Part shown: piece after piece, positions 11,961-26,339 of the stretch
How the letters are laid out: each line of letters starts with the position of its first letter
How positions within the stretch are numbered: position 1 is the stretch's first letter
NCBI GenBank assembly: GCA_026025795.1
Contig: JAPEUG010000004.1
Span: 62,001-126,000, forward strand
Source: Thelocarpon superellum
Lineage: Eukaryota
DNA: 64,000 nucleotides
Direction of reading: 5' to 3'
Made by a program: the position numbers and the translations under genes
The notes under the pieces: model-generated
Database searches by the model: none
Told to the model about the DNA's origin: nothing
What the model saw: the letters and a program-made list of their open reading frames with translations, nothing else

Positions 11961-12481
11961 TGGATAGTTGGGCACGCACGAAAGATGACGGTCAGATGCA
12001 GTGCCACCGGTGGAAATCGAGACCGAATGAGAGCGATATTGGTTAATCAGCAGAGCATCTCGTAGGCAGTGAGGAAGAGTGGGCCGAGAGCTATTTTCAT
12101 GTCAAGGCCAACGGTCACACGCGCATCGTGCATCGTCGCGGGAACGTCCGCCACCGGCTGCGACGGGGTCTCGCGGGGCGTTATTGGAAGGCTGGCGCGC
12201 CCCCGGGGGATCGTGTCGACCATCGCCCGTAGAGCTCGGCAGTTGAGGTGACAGGTCGCCGCTTATTGGCTGGGGACGGGCCCCACGGGTCTCCAGCGGA
12301 AGATCGACCAAGCGACGGGCGCCACCCCCATTTTCGGCCGTGGCCCGTGGCCCGTGCAACACCAAACGATCATTGACCACACAACCGATCGGCATCTTTC
12401 ACGTCGTCACCGCCGGCCAGGGTCTGGTTCAGGATCGAGCCTTTGACCGGCGTCGATCCCTCGACGCTGCCTGGCCGCGAC

Positions 12482-15116
12482 ATGGCGCAAGCACCTCTCG
12501 CCGCTGGAGGAGTCGTGTCCGACGTCCCCGCCGCCGACAAAGGCAGCGCCGTGCGATCGATCCGGTACGATGAGACCTCCTCGGCTGCTCAACCGCCCGT
12601 CGCCGTCACCGTCGCTGTCGTCCCACCGCGCGCCGCACCGGCCGGGCCCCCGCATGAGTCCAAGACCGCGTCCCAGCGCTCCCCCAGCACATCCTCCACT
12701 GCTTTGGGCCCGGGATCCTATCGGGCCCAGCACGACGGAAAGTCTCGCCGCGACTCGGGCCTCGCTCCCACCGCCTCCACTGCGGGCAGCAGCGGTGCCC
12801 TCGCCGACGAGGATGCTACCTCCACCACGAGCACGCCCCCCAAGGCCCCCAGTCCCTCCGCAACGTCCCTTCCACGCGAACGGCGACGGTTGTCACGACC
12901 GAACTTGAGAGCCCTGGCCAGCGGCCCCAAGACCATCAAGCTCGTTCAACAGGTCGATGGGCCCGCTCCGCCACCCCCCAAAGTCCGCATCTCTATGGAG
13001 ATCCCGTCCGAGAGTTTGTTCGGAATGGACGCACTCGACCAGATGTCTTTCTCCCACCGCGGGAGCATCTTGTTGTCTGGGAGCCGGGCGGATCGGCGGC
13101 CGAACCTGCACGCGGGGCCCAACACTGGCCAAGCACTCGGCCGCGCGACGCCTCGGGACCCTCCAGCCGCCGCCGATCGACCCGTGCTGTCGACCGAGGA
13201 AGAGATGCTGTCGCAGAAGGTGCGCCTAAAGTACGAGCGCGGCGACTCAATGGACGCAGACCGCGTCGTCTCCTTCGTGGCGGAGGGAGACGCAGGACAG
13301 GGGCTGAGCCCGGCGGATGCGGCCGAAGACGGCTGGATGGTGGTCAACGCGCAGGGATCTGGCGACGCGCATCAGCAGGCATCCTTTACGACGACTGCGC
13401 GCGACCCGCGACGGGCCAGCGTCATCCAACGAGAAGCGCACGAGGTAGCCGGTGGGATCGAAGACTGGCAGGACATCAGCGGCCGTGACGTGGATCGGTA
13501 TGGGTTTATCGCCACGCAACCGACGCGACCACCCACGTCATCGACCACCTCTCATCCTGCCTCCCCACCTCCCAAGACGCCGCCACCGCACCGGCCCCAC
13601 CGTGTCTCGACCATCCTGCAGATGGCATCCGAGGCGCCGCGGAGGCGAAAGTCATTGCGCCGGGCAAACTCCAACTCGCGCGCCTCGCGCTCCGTCACGG
13701 GCCGCATTGCCAACCAGAACATGTCCACCCCGTCCCTCCGGAAACCCGACTCCTTGCTCTCGCACGACGGAAGCATCACCCGAGGACTGGCGCATCTCCC
13801 TTTTCGTCATTCGACCAGCCGCCTCGCGGGCCAACGCCATCGACATTGGATGGAGGAGGCAGGGAACATGCTGACCCTTCCACCGGGCTTGGCGGACATC
13901 GCCGAGGATCAGAACAGCATATCGGGGGCAGGATCGGCGGGGGTCAAGCGGAAGGAGTGGGAACGCGCAGAGAAATGGCGGAAGATGGCGCGGGTTGTCG
14001 ATCGAGGGTCGGCCGGACAGGGCATGACGTTTGATTTTGACAGGCAGGACCCCAAGGTAGGGCAAGCCATGCATCACATACAGCCACGTTGCTGATGTTA
14101 CCCTATAGCTCATCTCGCGCACGTGGAAAGGCATCCCCGATTGCTGGCGAGGCACGGCATGGCACGCGTTTCTGTCCAGCAGTGCGCGACGGCGGAAGGA
14201 CTCCTTGTCGGACGAGGAGATTGTCCGACGCTTTGGAGACTACGTGGACCAGAGCTCTCCCGACGATGTTCAGATCGACATCGACGTGCCGCGCACGATC
14301 AACAGCCACATCATGTTTCGGCGGCGATATCGTGGCGGGTGAGTGTGGCCTCGGATGGAAGAGCTGGTGCCAACGATACTGATGGTGTCCATGGTAGGCA
14401 ACGGCTTCTCTTCCGCGTGCTGCACGCGCTCTCGCTCCATTTTCCCGACACCGGCTACGTGCAAGGCATGGCCTCCCTGGCGGCCACGTTATTGTGCTAC
14501 TACGACGAAGAACACACCTTCATCATGCTGGTCCGCATGTGGCAGCTCCGAGGACTGCAGCGACTTTTCCAGCCCGGATTCGGTGGCCTGATGGAGGCGC
14601 TGGGCGAGTTTGAGCGGAAATGGTTGGCTGGGGAGGCGGTGGCCGGCAAAATGGTAAGGCAGTCCGGATGATGGCGGGACGGAGACGCCGCTGACTCGGT
14701 GTGATGTGCAGAGCGAGCTTGGGATCGACCCCACAGCCTACGGCACGCGGTGGTACCTGACGCTCTTCAACTACTCCATCCCCTTCCCTGCCCAGCTACG
14801 GGTATGGGACGTCTTCATGCTACTGGGTGACGCGACGGACCCCGAGCCCTCTTCCCTGCCCCTCTCCCCTTCTCATCCTCCGACTGCCTCCGATCCGACC
14901 GGCACCATCTCCTTCGCCGGCGGTCTGGACGTGCTTCACGCCACCAGCGCGGCTCTGATCGCCGGCATGCGCGACATTCTTCTCGACTCGGATTTTGAAA
15001 ATGCCATGAAGGTGCTGACATCGTGGATTCCTATTCGCGATGAGGAGTTGCTCATGGGCGTCGCTCATGCGCAGTGGAGAGTGCACCATAACAGGATGAA
15101 GGGTGTAAGGCGGTAG
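12482..15116 (+). CDS. TBC-domain Rab GTPase-activating protein
   Basis: DVDRYGF, then after the intron at 14057-14108 LISRTWKGIPDCWRGTAW..QIDIDVPRT (IxxDxxR finger), GYVQGM (YxQ finger), YGTRWYLTLFNYSIPFPAQLRVWDVF. Further introns at ~14339-14397 and 14654-14711. Start codon uncertain. Confidence 0.9.
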
Positions 15117-16354
15117 CGTCGGCATTGTCTTCGGCCTCTCTCCTCTTCACTCCCTTTTGCCTTTCCGTTCCCTCTCACCTAAACCCTCTCATCCTCACCA
15201 GGCGCCAAAATGAGTCCCACGGGCCCACATTGTCGATATTTCGTCGATTCGGATCAATTCGTGAACCGTTATTCTCATCATCATTATCATCAGCGTGGCT
15301 TGGAGCTGAAGAAGGGAAAGCTTGGAACTTCGCCATTTCAACATGTCACATCTTTCAATCGGGGACCAGAAGTGGACCGTTTGGACCTTGATCCATCTTA
15401 TTTCTCTTCCTTTGGTGCTGTCCCTCATACCCATCATCGTCATATGATCTTCCCCATCTTATCCATCTCACACACCCAGCCTGCGTACGCCTCGTCCTCT
15501 TTTGAAATACTTTACCCTATTAGGCATCATTGCATCTGGTCTGTCTGTGTGCGCTGTGAGTCGATCTACGCACACACACACACACACACATACATTTTAC
15601 CTCTGCCGTCGCATCTCACCCTCCACGTTGGTGTGAAAGAGGACAGCAGAAAAGGGAAGAAGAAGAAAGGAAAACCGAACTTTCATCCTGAGAACCATCC
15701 CCCTGTACCAGTTGGTTTCCTGGTTTGTTTGATCGAAGGTATCGTCAATGAAAACGAGGCAAGTACGAATGGTCTCCGAGTAATCGTCTCCGAATCCGCC
15801 CCGTAGTCGCCTGAGAGGAGTCGGTCTTTAGCGGCTAGCATTTACGAGCACAGGCAGCGTGGCGACGACAACGCCACGGCCGCCGCTGACGACGATTAAT
15901 GATGTGAATGCTTTGGATCAGGTATCTGCTCCGGAAAGCACACCCGTGATTCGAGCTCGACCTTCTTACAACGCCCTGCCCCAATTGCACAGCACGTACG
16001 CACCCAAACGATACTTCACCAGGTACTTCACTCTTAAAATTGCCGTCTTTCGACGTGTGACCACCCCTGATCTCTTCGTATAGGTGGTCCGTTCTCGCAA
16101 CGTGGAGATGACGGCAACTAGGCAACTAGGCCACTGGGCCAAGGTGAAGCAAGGCAGGAGTACTTGAAGTAATCGGACCGAACCCCCGATCGTTGGAAAC
16201 GAGAAGGGACCGGAACCTCGGGCCACGGACCAGCGAGCATCAGGTGGGTGGCGAAGAACGTGGCGGTTATCACAGTCCAAGGCCGGTGCTGCAGGCTCAG
16301 TAGTGTGGTGTCTAGTTAGTGCCGGAGGTGCCTTGTGTTGAACTAAGCCTTGTC

Positions 16355-16470
16355 GATAGATGGATGGATGAGTGGATGAGTGGACGAGTAGACGAGTGGA
16401 TGGATGGATGGATGGATGGGTGGATGGATGGATGGATGGATGGACGGATGGATGGACGGATGGACGGACG
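16355..16470. repeat. Imperfect (GGAT/GGAC)n tetranucleotide microsatellite
   Basis: gatggatggatgagtggatgag...ggatggatggacggatggatggacggatggacggacg is visible directly. Confidence 0.95.
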
Positions 16471-19400
16471 GGTGCGCTGCGCACTGCCCTCTACTACTCG
16501 TCCGTTCCTGACTCGGTAGTGATCTGTGCCTTTGGTCCCGAGTATTCTTCTGAGCACTGGTATGACTGGTGAATGGTCCGTCGGCACTTATGATACGAAA
16601 CGGTCCTACGTAGGGTCCTGCGTCGTTGAAAGACTACTATAGCGGAGGCATGGATGCTCTACTCGGGAAGGTCAAGGCGGGTTGCCACGCCGGACTACTG
16701 TAGGTACAAGACGAGGAAAACCCAAGATCGAGTAGTTCAAGCGGGCACAAGGTTTCAACCTCGTGGTTGGTTGGAGCCAGATGGGAATGACGATGGAAGA
16801 TGGAAGGCATGGAAACATGCGTGGGTGTGGCGAAAAAGACACAAGCCCCTCCTCCTTCTTGCGCCCGGGACGGCAATGATCGGCGTCGTGACGTCCGCCT
16901 CGACGTGCTGGAGTGTGCGCCATGTCCTCGTACGGTACAAGCGCTTTCCGCGTGGCGAGGCGAGAAAAGACTGCATAACGTCAACTGGCCTACCCGTTGC
17001 TGAGTTGTGCAGGGACGAGATGAGTTCTCTGTCCATGCACGGGCGAGTACCGTACGTCAGAGGCATTATTTGGCTGGGGAATAGTCCTTCGTACACTCTC
17101 TTGTGTTCCACGTACTTGATACCATCAGTCGGCTCGACCTTCTACCCTCTCTTCCTCACGATCGACGACATGGCATTTCCGCGAGCCGGATATCCTCAAA
17201 CTCAAACTGGATTGCGGACCTGGGGAGCCTGTGTAAGCCATGTACGGCGAGCCTACGAGGGAAGGGGTCAAGACGCACTCGCGCCCTCCTTGGTTTGGAG
17301 TTGAGCGCGCGCGTGGCCACACTGCTGCTAATGCACTCCAACTGCGTCCCTTGAAAAGGCACGTGGTGCCGTCGCCGGCGCGGGCGCGTGGCTGTGAGAA
17401 ACACGAATCAACGGGACCAAAGCGTCGAGCGGATGCAGGTGCTGATTCATGGCGCCAATGACATGATTTCAAGCCCGCCTGGCTTCGTATGGAAGCCACC
17501 GGTGCTCGTAAACAAGACGGAGGGAACGAGTACGGTACCTTCAACCGGTCGGGTGGTAGATGAATACCCCACCACTTCGTCAGCCGAAGGCCGTGGCGTC
17601 GCTACAGGGGTGGAACGAGAAAGAGAGCGAGAGCGAGAGAGAGAGAGAGCGAGAGGGAGCAAGCGAGGTCGCGTGCGGCTTGGGAGATTAGAGTTGACTG
17701 GGCTACCTGAACTCTGGGCTGGGAAAATGGCCTTGTTCCGCGCGGTAGACGTGACGACATTGCCCGTCGTCGTGAAGTGCAATCTCACCTCCGGCCCACG
17801 ACCTGGGGCAGGTCGAGACGGAAATGCGGTGGGAGGGAGCTAGGTTGACCCTCATCAAAGAGAATGCATGGCGGCTAAGATGCGCCACCGCCGATCACTA
17901 CTGCCTGCATGGACCGGATCGACGCTGGCCAGGACACATCAGGATGCATCGCAATGACATGCTCCGGGCGGATGCTCCGGGCGGTCTGGAAGCCACCGCG
18001 GGCGCTTGCGGCTGCCAAGTCGTAGTAATGGGGCGCTGGACTCCTACAGCGACCACGTAAATTGGAAGACGTGTGGGATGTGTGGCTCGGACAAGTAGAC
18101 GAACTCCCCAGCGGTTGCACACGTCACGGGCTTGGGAATACGAGCTTCCGTGATGGGCAGCCTGTCGAGGTTGAAACTGAAGACCCCAAACGTTAGTGTC
18201 GGCTCATGGACCACCACGATTATCCATGTTCGCGACGGAGCACGAGCTCATCGGACCGGGGTGACAGAGCCGCTGGCCGTCCAATTGTGCATCATGGCCC
18301 AGTTCGACCCTGGAACGCTGGACACTTGATGCTTGACTCGCACTAGGGTAGTGGGTCTTGTCACCCCGTCGCAACGTGCATTCCCGACAGCCTGGACAGG
18401 GAAAGCACTGATGGATGGTGTGCTCCGAGAGTGGGCGGGTAACGGGCGAAGCCCATATTTCCATTGCGGGCCGGACTCGACCGCGGTCAAATTACGAGTC
18501 TTTCAACCTTCCGGGCATGGCTGGGTGGATGACGGTTGGCCAACTGGGGCCAAGGACATCACCGAATGACCGGATCGTGAATCCCCGGCGCCACGCCATC
18601 AGCTATAGCGATCGGCGTACCTTGGCGTTGCCGCCCAAATCTCATGCCTGCTATTGCATCGGCCCCAGACGTGGCCGAGGCACGCGGACTCCGACGGTCG
18701 ACAAGTTCGGGGAGGCTTGGGAGCTTTGGGCACGGTAGCACATTTCCGCGTCACCCACATCCGTCCGTTACGACTGCTCGCTTGTCATCTCATCCGGGAC
18801 ATGCGCTTCCGCCTGCAGTGCACCTGCGTCCTCGCTCTGCCCCCTTCTCGCCAGGCAAGTGCAGCCGCGCGCTGATCAAGAGCCATGATGCCGTGTGACG
18901 CAAGTGGTGCGCAGAATCTTCGGTCGACTCGGACTCGTAGCGGCGAAATGGTCGTCCAATGATTCTCAAGCCTTATTCACCGGAGCCCCACCATTGACCA
19001 CTATCGAGCACCCTCGACCACCATCGACAACGGTTTGGGCTTGCGAGATCCCATCGATGGGAGAGGTTGAGGCGCGACCTGGGCAGACCTTAGCGTCCGA
19101 GACACGGTGGCTTGGAAACCAGTCACACAACCGGGCGGACGTCTCAGGTTCTTCTAGGGCCCCGCGGCATCACCAGGCGGCATGCCGATCTCCTCGCACC
19201 GCGTGTGAGCCCGGGGGCCTGGTCGGGCCGGGGAGCGAGTGGAGACCGGACGCCAGGCATGGGCGTTACTGCCGGTATTCTTTGAGCCAGCGCCGTCATT
19301 GTCCATAGGCGACCAGCAGTGTCCACGGATGTGTGCACGGATGGGCGGCTGGATGGCATAATCCCTCCGTCGCCATCTGCGCAGGCTTTGTTACGTGACC

Positions 19401-21759
19401 TGCCACCGCGGCCGCAACCGTGACGGTTGTGGACGAAGAAAAAGCGGCCGGGGTCATGCGACAGAAGAGAAGGGAAGGGACGGTACGGGGATGGTCCGAC
19501 AACTCGCATCGACCGAGTACTCGGACCCGTCCTGGCAAGAAGTTCTGACCGTGGTGCAGGACGACTTCAAAGCTTCATGCGCCGCTGGACGTGGTGCCAA
19601 CGATGGCAATCAGCGCGACAGTCGTATTCCCCGTTTGTCGCCCGTAGTCTTGCCAGCCAGTTGGACAGAAGCGTCGTACCTACGACCTTGCAGCTTGCAG
19701 GTTGCGCCTGAACGCAGCAGACGACTAATGTTCCACGATCCGCGCTTCCGATGTCCAGCGCCCAGCTTCATGCCACCCTTTCGTTGCAGCGTCCCAGCGT
19801 CCCAGCGTCCCTGCCGTCGTCCCTTACTTGCCCCCATGAGTATCAGGGCCCACCGACCACCCCAGCCCCCAGCCCGATCGGTGGAAAGGCAGTGGCGTGG
19901 CGTCGGCTAAGGCAAGCCACGACCTCATCGCTCCGAGCCAGAAACGCCATCCGGTTCAGGCGCCTTGCTTGTCTTGGCCGTGCTGCGTCGAGCAAGCGAG
20001 CAGCTTTTGCCGGTCCTGGCCACGGCAGCGTTGGTCGCACTACCCGCGGCAACACCGGCCGGGCTTAGTTTGAGTAGCCCTGCACCGAGCGCGCCCGGTT
20101 GAGCGTACGCGGGAGATATGCGCGCCGGCAAGCCACCACGACGGAATGAGCGAGTAATATCGTGGGCTCCGTCTGGAGGTAATCTTGGAGCGACCTGGGT
20201 GCTGGGGCATCACCGTCGCGTCCGTGCTGGGCTCCGGCCTTGGCTTTGGCCGTGGCCGTGGCCGCGCTCGAGGCCTGGCGATGTGCTTGCGGGACCAACC
20301 TCGTCTCTCTCACGCCGTAGAGAAGCACCTGCCGTGCACGTCTTGGGGGCGACCGCGGCACTCGTACGTTGTTTCGTCACGTCAATTGGGGCCGGGAGGC
20401 CGGGCGGAGGGAACCGAGAGCAGTAGGACGTAAGTGCGCTCATCTACGAGGAGTAGATCTACGAGGAGTAGATGGGTGCAGTATACCTTGCAAGGGCGTA
20501 GGCGCAGGCGTAGGCGTAGGCGTACGAGGTTTCTATTCGGCGGGCGACGACTCAAATGGTGGACGGTGTGTCGGTAGCGACAACGGTCTTCGTTCCCCGT
20601 GTCTTGGGGCAGCTTGACGGTGGTCGTGACGCCGAGGTCGACGAAGCTAATAATGCAAATAGTGACGGCTCAACGGCTGTTTCGTCGGTGGGCGTAAGTT
20701 CCGCGACCGCCACTCGCGCACTGGCGCCCGCTCCACGCACTCCACGCACTCCACACACTCCAAGCCATGCACACCCTCCCCCAATTCACATCTCGCAACG
20801 GCAGTCGCCCCCGATCACGCCCATGCAGCTCGTCCCGTACCCCGGTCGGCCGCACGCCTCCACTTACCCTTTGGCTAACCCTTGATCTTGGCTCGTCCCA
20901 AGAGGAATCCTCGCAGGCGACCTCGTACTCCTTTGGCATACCAAAGGGCAGGGTACGGAGTACCTTCGCCGCAAGTCCTCGCTGGCTGAGTCGGCGTCCA
21001 TGCGTCCATGCGCGTCCATGCTGCACATCGCTTGACGAGTCCGCCCCTCCACCCACCCCGCCGCCGCGGCCCCGTCGTCAACCGTCACTCCTTAGCTCGG
21101 CCAGCTGCCGCCGATCTTGCGCCGTTTTCCCTCCAGCCAGCTGCGGTCCATCTCTAACCGAAGCTGCTCCGCCCAGGACCAGCTAGCCCGTTGGGGGGTC
21201 TCCTTGGTTGGGCCAACTCGGTCGGCCCTCGAAACGAAGAGCCTGTTTGACGTATGCAGAGCAGCGCCAGCCGAAAAGATGCAGCCCTGAACGGCCAAGG
21301 GCAGACGGTGCACGACGGACCCTCGCCAGACTACTCGGACGGGGATCTACCTCTCGACGGAGAGAAGGAGGGAAGGAGAGCCACACCGTCATCCGCCGCC
21401 GTCCTTCATGGTAAGCTTCTCGTCCCAATTCGTCCGTCGTGAAGCCCTACCGTGTGCCGGACAAATCAACCGCGCTTGATCATCGTCGCTCGCCACCGCC
21501 TGGCTTGCCTCTTTCAGCGCGCACCTGCGCCTGCGCCTGCACCTGCCCACCGCACCAGCCCCGGCGCCCGTCGTGATGATGTGGAGTGTAACCCTGCAAC
21601 ACATCTGACGCCAGCGTCTTGACACTCTCCTCCTCTCATCCCTGTCCGCGCCCATCCTCCCATCATCGTCTTCTCCCGCGCACGACCTGTTTTCGCCCGC
21701 TCGCTCCTTCTCCGTCCGTGACGCGCGCCGTCCTCCGAAATGGTTCAGCTGTCGTGCCA

Positions 21760-23594
21760 ATGTTGCTCACCTTGAAACAGCCCGTACACGACAGTACCAC
21801 GAGCTTCCATGACTCTCCTCTCCCGACTCCGCCCGCCACCACTCGATTCTCGCCCGCGGTGACTGGCGCCTCGGCTCTCTCATCTCTCCCCGCCGCCAGC
21901 ACCGCGCGCCCCATGTCGACCGCTCACCGTGGCCTGCCGTTGCCGGCGGCCATGACCCTCCAGAATCCCGCCCCTCCCGCCGCCGGCCCCGTCGCCATCG
22001 CGCCGCCCAACTCACAGCTGTCGGGCCAGCTGCCCGCCCCGCCCGCGGAGTGGCGCAACGCGGAGGAATCCATGCGCAATTGGTTGGCGGCCAAGCAGGA
22101 GGAGGACAAGCGCAAACAAGAGGAGGAAAAGACCCGGCAAGAAGCGCTACGGCTGGAGCAGCGTCGGATCGAACAGAACATGCTCCACGAGGCCTTTCAA
22201 AACGGCATCCCGCCATACCTCGTCCCTATGGTGTTTGCCGGTATGGGCGGAGGAAATCTGCCCAACGCCAGCCTAGAGTGGGCGCAACACTACATGGCGC
22301 AGGTCCATCAGCTGCAGCAACAGCAGCAGCAGCAGCAACAACAGCAACAGCATCAGCAACAACAACAGCAGCAGCAGCAGCAGCAACCGCCGCCCCTGTC
22401 TCAATCGCTTCCACAGGTCCTGGCTCACCCGCAACAGTCGCCCGACCCGCGGCGAGACCCTCGCATGATCGGCCAACCGCAAGCAAATCCGTACGCGACG
22501 CAGCCGCCTCTCCCTCCGAGCGTGCCGCCGCCAGGGTCGGGCACGCCTCAACATGCGCCGAGCACAACCTTCTTGGCGCCCTACCAGCCAGTCGCCATCT
22601 CGCCCTCGATGCGGGCGGGATCACAGCACACAGGCACATCCCCGTCGGCGCCCACGTCGGCCCCACGGCCCCCGGTCCACGGCGTGCTTCCGAAGCTCAA
22701 CACGGGGGAGATGCAGATTCAACCGCCGCCGCCGGACCCATCGGCGCTGGGCAGAGCAACGGTGATGCATCCGACACATCAGCCCCAAGCCATTCAGGCC
22801 TCCGCGCAATCAGCGCAAGACCCGAGTCAATCGTCTCCGAACATCTACTTTCATCATTGGGTTCCGCCCAACTCGCAACCAGGCTCGAAAGAGTCCAAGG
22901 ACTCCAAGGATTTGAAGGATCCCAAGGAGCCTTTGACCCCGTCGGGTGAGTGCTGACTTGCATAGGCGCACGCACGACGCTGACTACTTTGACAGAGAGT
23001 ACGACGTCGCCGAAGAAACGGAAGGCACAAGGGCCGCACCAAGCGGCCCCGCCGCCGTCGCAAGCATCGTACACCTCTCCTTCCTTTTCGCAGACGGGCT
23101 CAGCGGCCTCGACACCGTCGACCCGGCGTCCAGGGCACTCTCGAAACCGCAGCGATGCGTCATCTCGCGCGTATGAGACTTATGGGCGGCCACCGAGTCG
23201 ACAGCGGCAGATCGACGTCAACGGCGCGCCTAGCGGTTCGGGCCATCAAGGACCGTTGAGTGGGTCGACGACAGGCGATGGATCTCATCCGACGCCTCCG
23301 CCGACAGGGCTCATTCCCCCGCAATCCCACGCTCCCCTTCGCCCCCAGACGCATTCTCAAGCGCCGTCGCTGCGGCAGCCGTCGCCACGGCGCTATTCCG
23401 TTGCGCCGGAACGAGGAGAGCAGCGGGAGGGCTCGCCCGGCGGACCTAGCAGTAGTGTCGTGCCGCACCAGCATCACCAGCACGCGCCATTACCTCACCC
23501 ACACCAGCACCAGCACCAGCACCATCAGCGTCCAGACACGGACGATGGATCGCATCAACCAGTCAAGCATGGTACGACGGCCGCGGCGGAGTAG
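21760..23594 (+). CDS. Conserved fungal hypothetical protein, Pro/Gln-rich with a short coiled coil and poly-Q
   Basis: Long ORF with MSTAHRGLPLP, EESMRNWLAAKQEEDKRKQEEEKTRQEALRLEQRRIEQNML..GIPPYLVPMVFAGMGGG and IYFHHWVPP. A GT-AG intron at 22946-22995 joins ORF 22950-23594 (SPKKRKAQGPHQ, NLS-like). Confidence 0.8.
22315..22386 (+). repeat. CAG/CAA repeat encoding a poly-glutamine tract
   Basis: cagcaacagcagcagcagcagcaacaacagcaacagcatcagcaa... in frame within the CDS. Confidence 0.95.
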
Positions 23595-24863
23595 CAGCAG
23601 ATCACCAGGGCTGCGACCGGCGACCACGCGGAAAGTAGCGCTGGCAGTTACGCCCGGAGGTGGACTGAATGCGTCTGAGCGCAAGAAGGTGTCCTCATAG
23701 CTTCTGGCCTTGTGCGTTAGGTTCCCTGTGGGGACGTGACTCGAAGCTTCATTCGCTTCCTCGACAACTCAGCTCGCTGCGGCTTCCGCCCAAGGCACGG
23801 GGGCGAGTGAATACGGGGCTCGGCCCGAAGCCGGTGATAGGGAGGTTGATTGCCATCTGTATGGTCTGGTTTGGTTTCGTTTGATTCGATCCGAAAATGA
23901 GTCGATCATGGGAGGGAGGACTTGACTTGATTCTTCGCCGTTCGCCGATGTTTGCTGGGACGTACCTGTGCCTGGACTGCCTCGCCCTGGCCCTGGGCGA
24001 AGAGGTGGACATGGACATGGACATGGACATGGACAGGGACCCTGGGAATCTGGGGTGGATTATCGGGAAAGTCTGGAATTAGCGAGCGTGCGTGCCTGTA
24101 GACGATGTCGTTCTCGTTATCATGACCATCATCATCCTCATCTACTGTCGTTACACTCGCTGTCATTGTCTGTTCTTGTCTTGTCATGCCATTGTCATTG
24201 TTATTGTCACTATTGTCATTATATTTATCATTGTCATTACTATTGTGGCCGCTGCTATCATCATTACATTCCTTGGATTTTTCGGACCCGTACCCTGACC
24301 GTTCCTGATACCATCATTAGATCAACAATCATACCTGCCACGGGCAGATTCGATTCGTCCATCTATCTACGCAGCCGTACCAAGGCATAATACAGGCATC
24401 TACTAGTGCGCACAGGTATGCACACTTGGCAGAGTCATTGCTGTGCAGATTAATGCGTTCTGATATAGCGCACGATGGGGAAGGGTGTGATTGGATGCAC
24501 GCAGTCCTTCGCGCTATGAACACAGTTGCAGAATGAGATCAAAGCTTGGACGGCGTTCGGGAGATGGAAGGGAGCTGTCGGAATGTGGTGGAGCTAGAGC
24601 AAGGAAGAATGGGACGGGCGGTCGAACTGGCGGAAGCCAGAAAACCGAGAGAAAGAGAAGAAAGGAAAGACATGGACAGGTCCCCCCCCGGCCATAGAGG
24701 TCTAAGTGTGGTGTAAATAAATTCCTTGCCCTTCCCTCCCTATCATGCCTATCCTCCGATCCGGCAGATTTGAAACAATCCCTTGTCCGTTGTTCTTCCA
24801 TCCCTACCACCATTTCCCCCGCCCCACCCTTCTGTCACTCCCGCTCTCACTCCTCTTGTCCAC

Positions 24864-26339
24864 TCAGGTCGGTTTTCGCGAATTAGCCAAATAGGTGGGA
24901 ATGCCGCTGATGGAGTCGGCGTATGTGGGCACAAGGCTGGTAACGACGAGGAATGAGACCGTTGCCACGACGCCGAAGATGGCGAGTTTGCGTCCAGCGG
25001 GATGCTTGGCGCCAAATTCCGCCCACATTCGACCCCCTTCGTGAGAGTATTCCTTCAGTCGGTCCCCACCAAGTTTGAAATAGATCATTCCGCCCAGGGC
25101 GATGCTGTAGCCGAAGAACTGGAGCGGCGAGACCGGGTCGCCCCAAATCAGCATCGATGCTACCACCAGCAGAATGTCCTTCAAGACTCCGCAGAGCGTC
25201 ATGACCAGCACCGAGGTTTTGCCAATCTGCGCGAATAAGCGAGGGTCAACACGTCGAGGGGAGGGGCTCGGCATACCAGGAACACAACGGACACGTTGAG
25301 ACAAAAGGCGATCATGGCGTTGGCCAACAACGTCCACACTCCCGTGTCGATGATGTTCGCCAGTTGCAGGCGCGGAACCTCCATGAACAAAGCCACGGCA
25401 AGGTTCATGACGGCGCAGACGGGGGCAAAGTAGTACAGCGACACCAACGGATCCATCTTGTACTCCGCCGAGCTCAACAGCCGCCCCACCATGACCAGTC
25501 GGACCGCCTCAGCCACGATGCCGCCGACTTGGAAGAGGAAGCCGACTAGCACGAACTTGAGTTCTCCTACCGACGCGATCATGACGCCAACGACGATGAA
25601 CGCGACGTTGACGAGGACTTTCATGTCCGGTTGCGAAACCCCGAAGCCCCAGCTGGTTAGCAGGACTGCCACGGGGGTGGTAGCCTAGAACTTTGGTCAG
25701 GACGTGGCCACGAGCCATGAGGGAGATTCCCTACCTTCAGCATTTGGATGAAGGACACGCTCAGATACAGATACGTCACGTTTCCACAGATCAGACTCAT
25801 GCTGAAGAAGAAGCCGATGGGTACAATCGCTCGGAGGTAGACCCGCCCCGTCATCTTCACCGTCTTCCGTCCGTCGAGGAGGGTGGTGGTCCGCGCCAGG
25901 ATTTGCGTCATGAGGGTGGCAAAGGCGAGATGCCATGTTGTCAGGATCACCGCTGAAACAGAGGGTCAGTAATAGTCGGGCCTAGAGGCGAAATAGAAGG
26001 GTCATACGGAAATCTGGACAGTGTAAGGGTCAGCAGTGCAATCAGGTGGGTCATCGCGTCAGAACCTACCAAAGTTCTTCGTATGCAATAGCCACTTATT
26101 GAAGACGATGACGCTGGAGCTCAAGCTGATCCAGGCACTGAATGGAATTGTTCAGCACATCCATCCGATCGTATACTAAGGCGATAGGGCCCGTACATGA
26201 CATAGAACGCGGGGTGGATGGCAGGCTTCGGTGGATCGCTCTTCTCCGCCAGTGGATTGACAGTGGGGAGAACCGGGCTGGCCGCTGCAGGAGATCGCGG
26301 AATGTCTCCTGACAGCCGCTCTTTCTCCTCGATGCCCAT
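24864..26339 (-). CDS. glfB: Nucleotide-sugar transporter (TPT family), probable UDP-galactofuranose transporter
   Basis: Multi-exon: MGIEEKER..HPAFYV / WISLSSSVIVFNKWLL / ILTTWHLAFATLMTQILARTT..RAIVPIGFFFSMSLICGNVTYLYLSVSFIQMLK / ATTPVAVLL..MDPLVSLYYFAPVC / IGKTSVLVMTLCGVLKDILLV. Sits head-to-head with UDP-galactopyranose mutase, and glfA/glfB are known neighbours in Aspergillus. Confidence 0.88.

Noticed and set aside
15966..16587. ORFs with PSIH / WMDG repeats
   Set aside because: These are translations of the (GGAT)n microsatellite.
23968..24390. His/Cys-rich ORF that looks like a metallothionein
   Set aside because: It arises from (GGACAT)n and TTGTCA/TTATCA low-complexity 3'UTR sequence and starts at a non-ATG codon.
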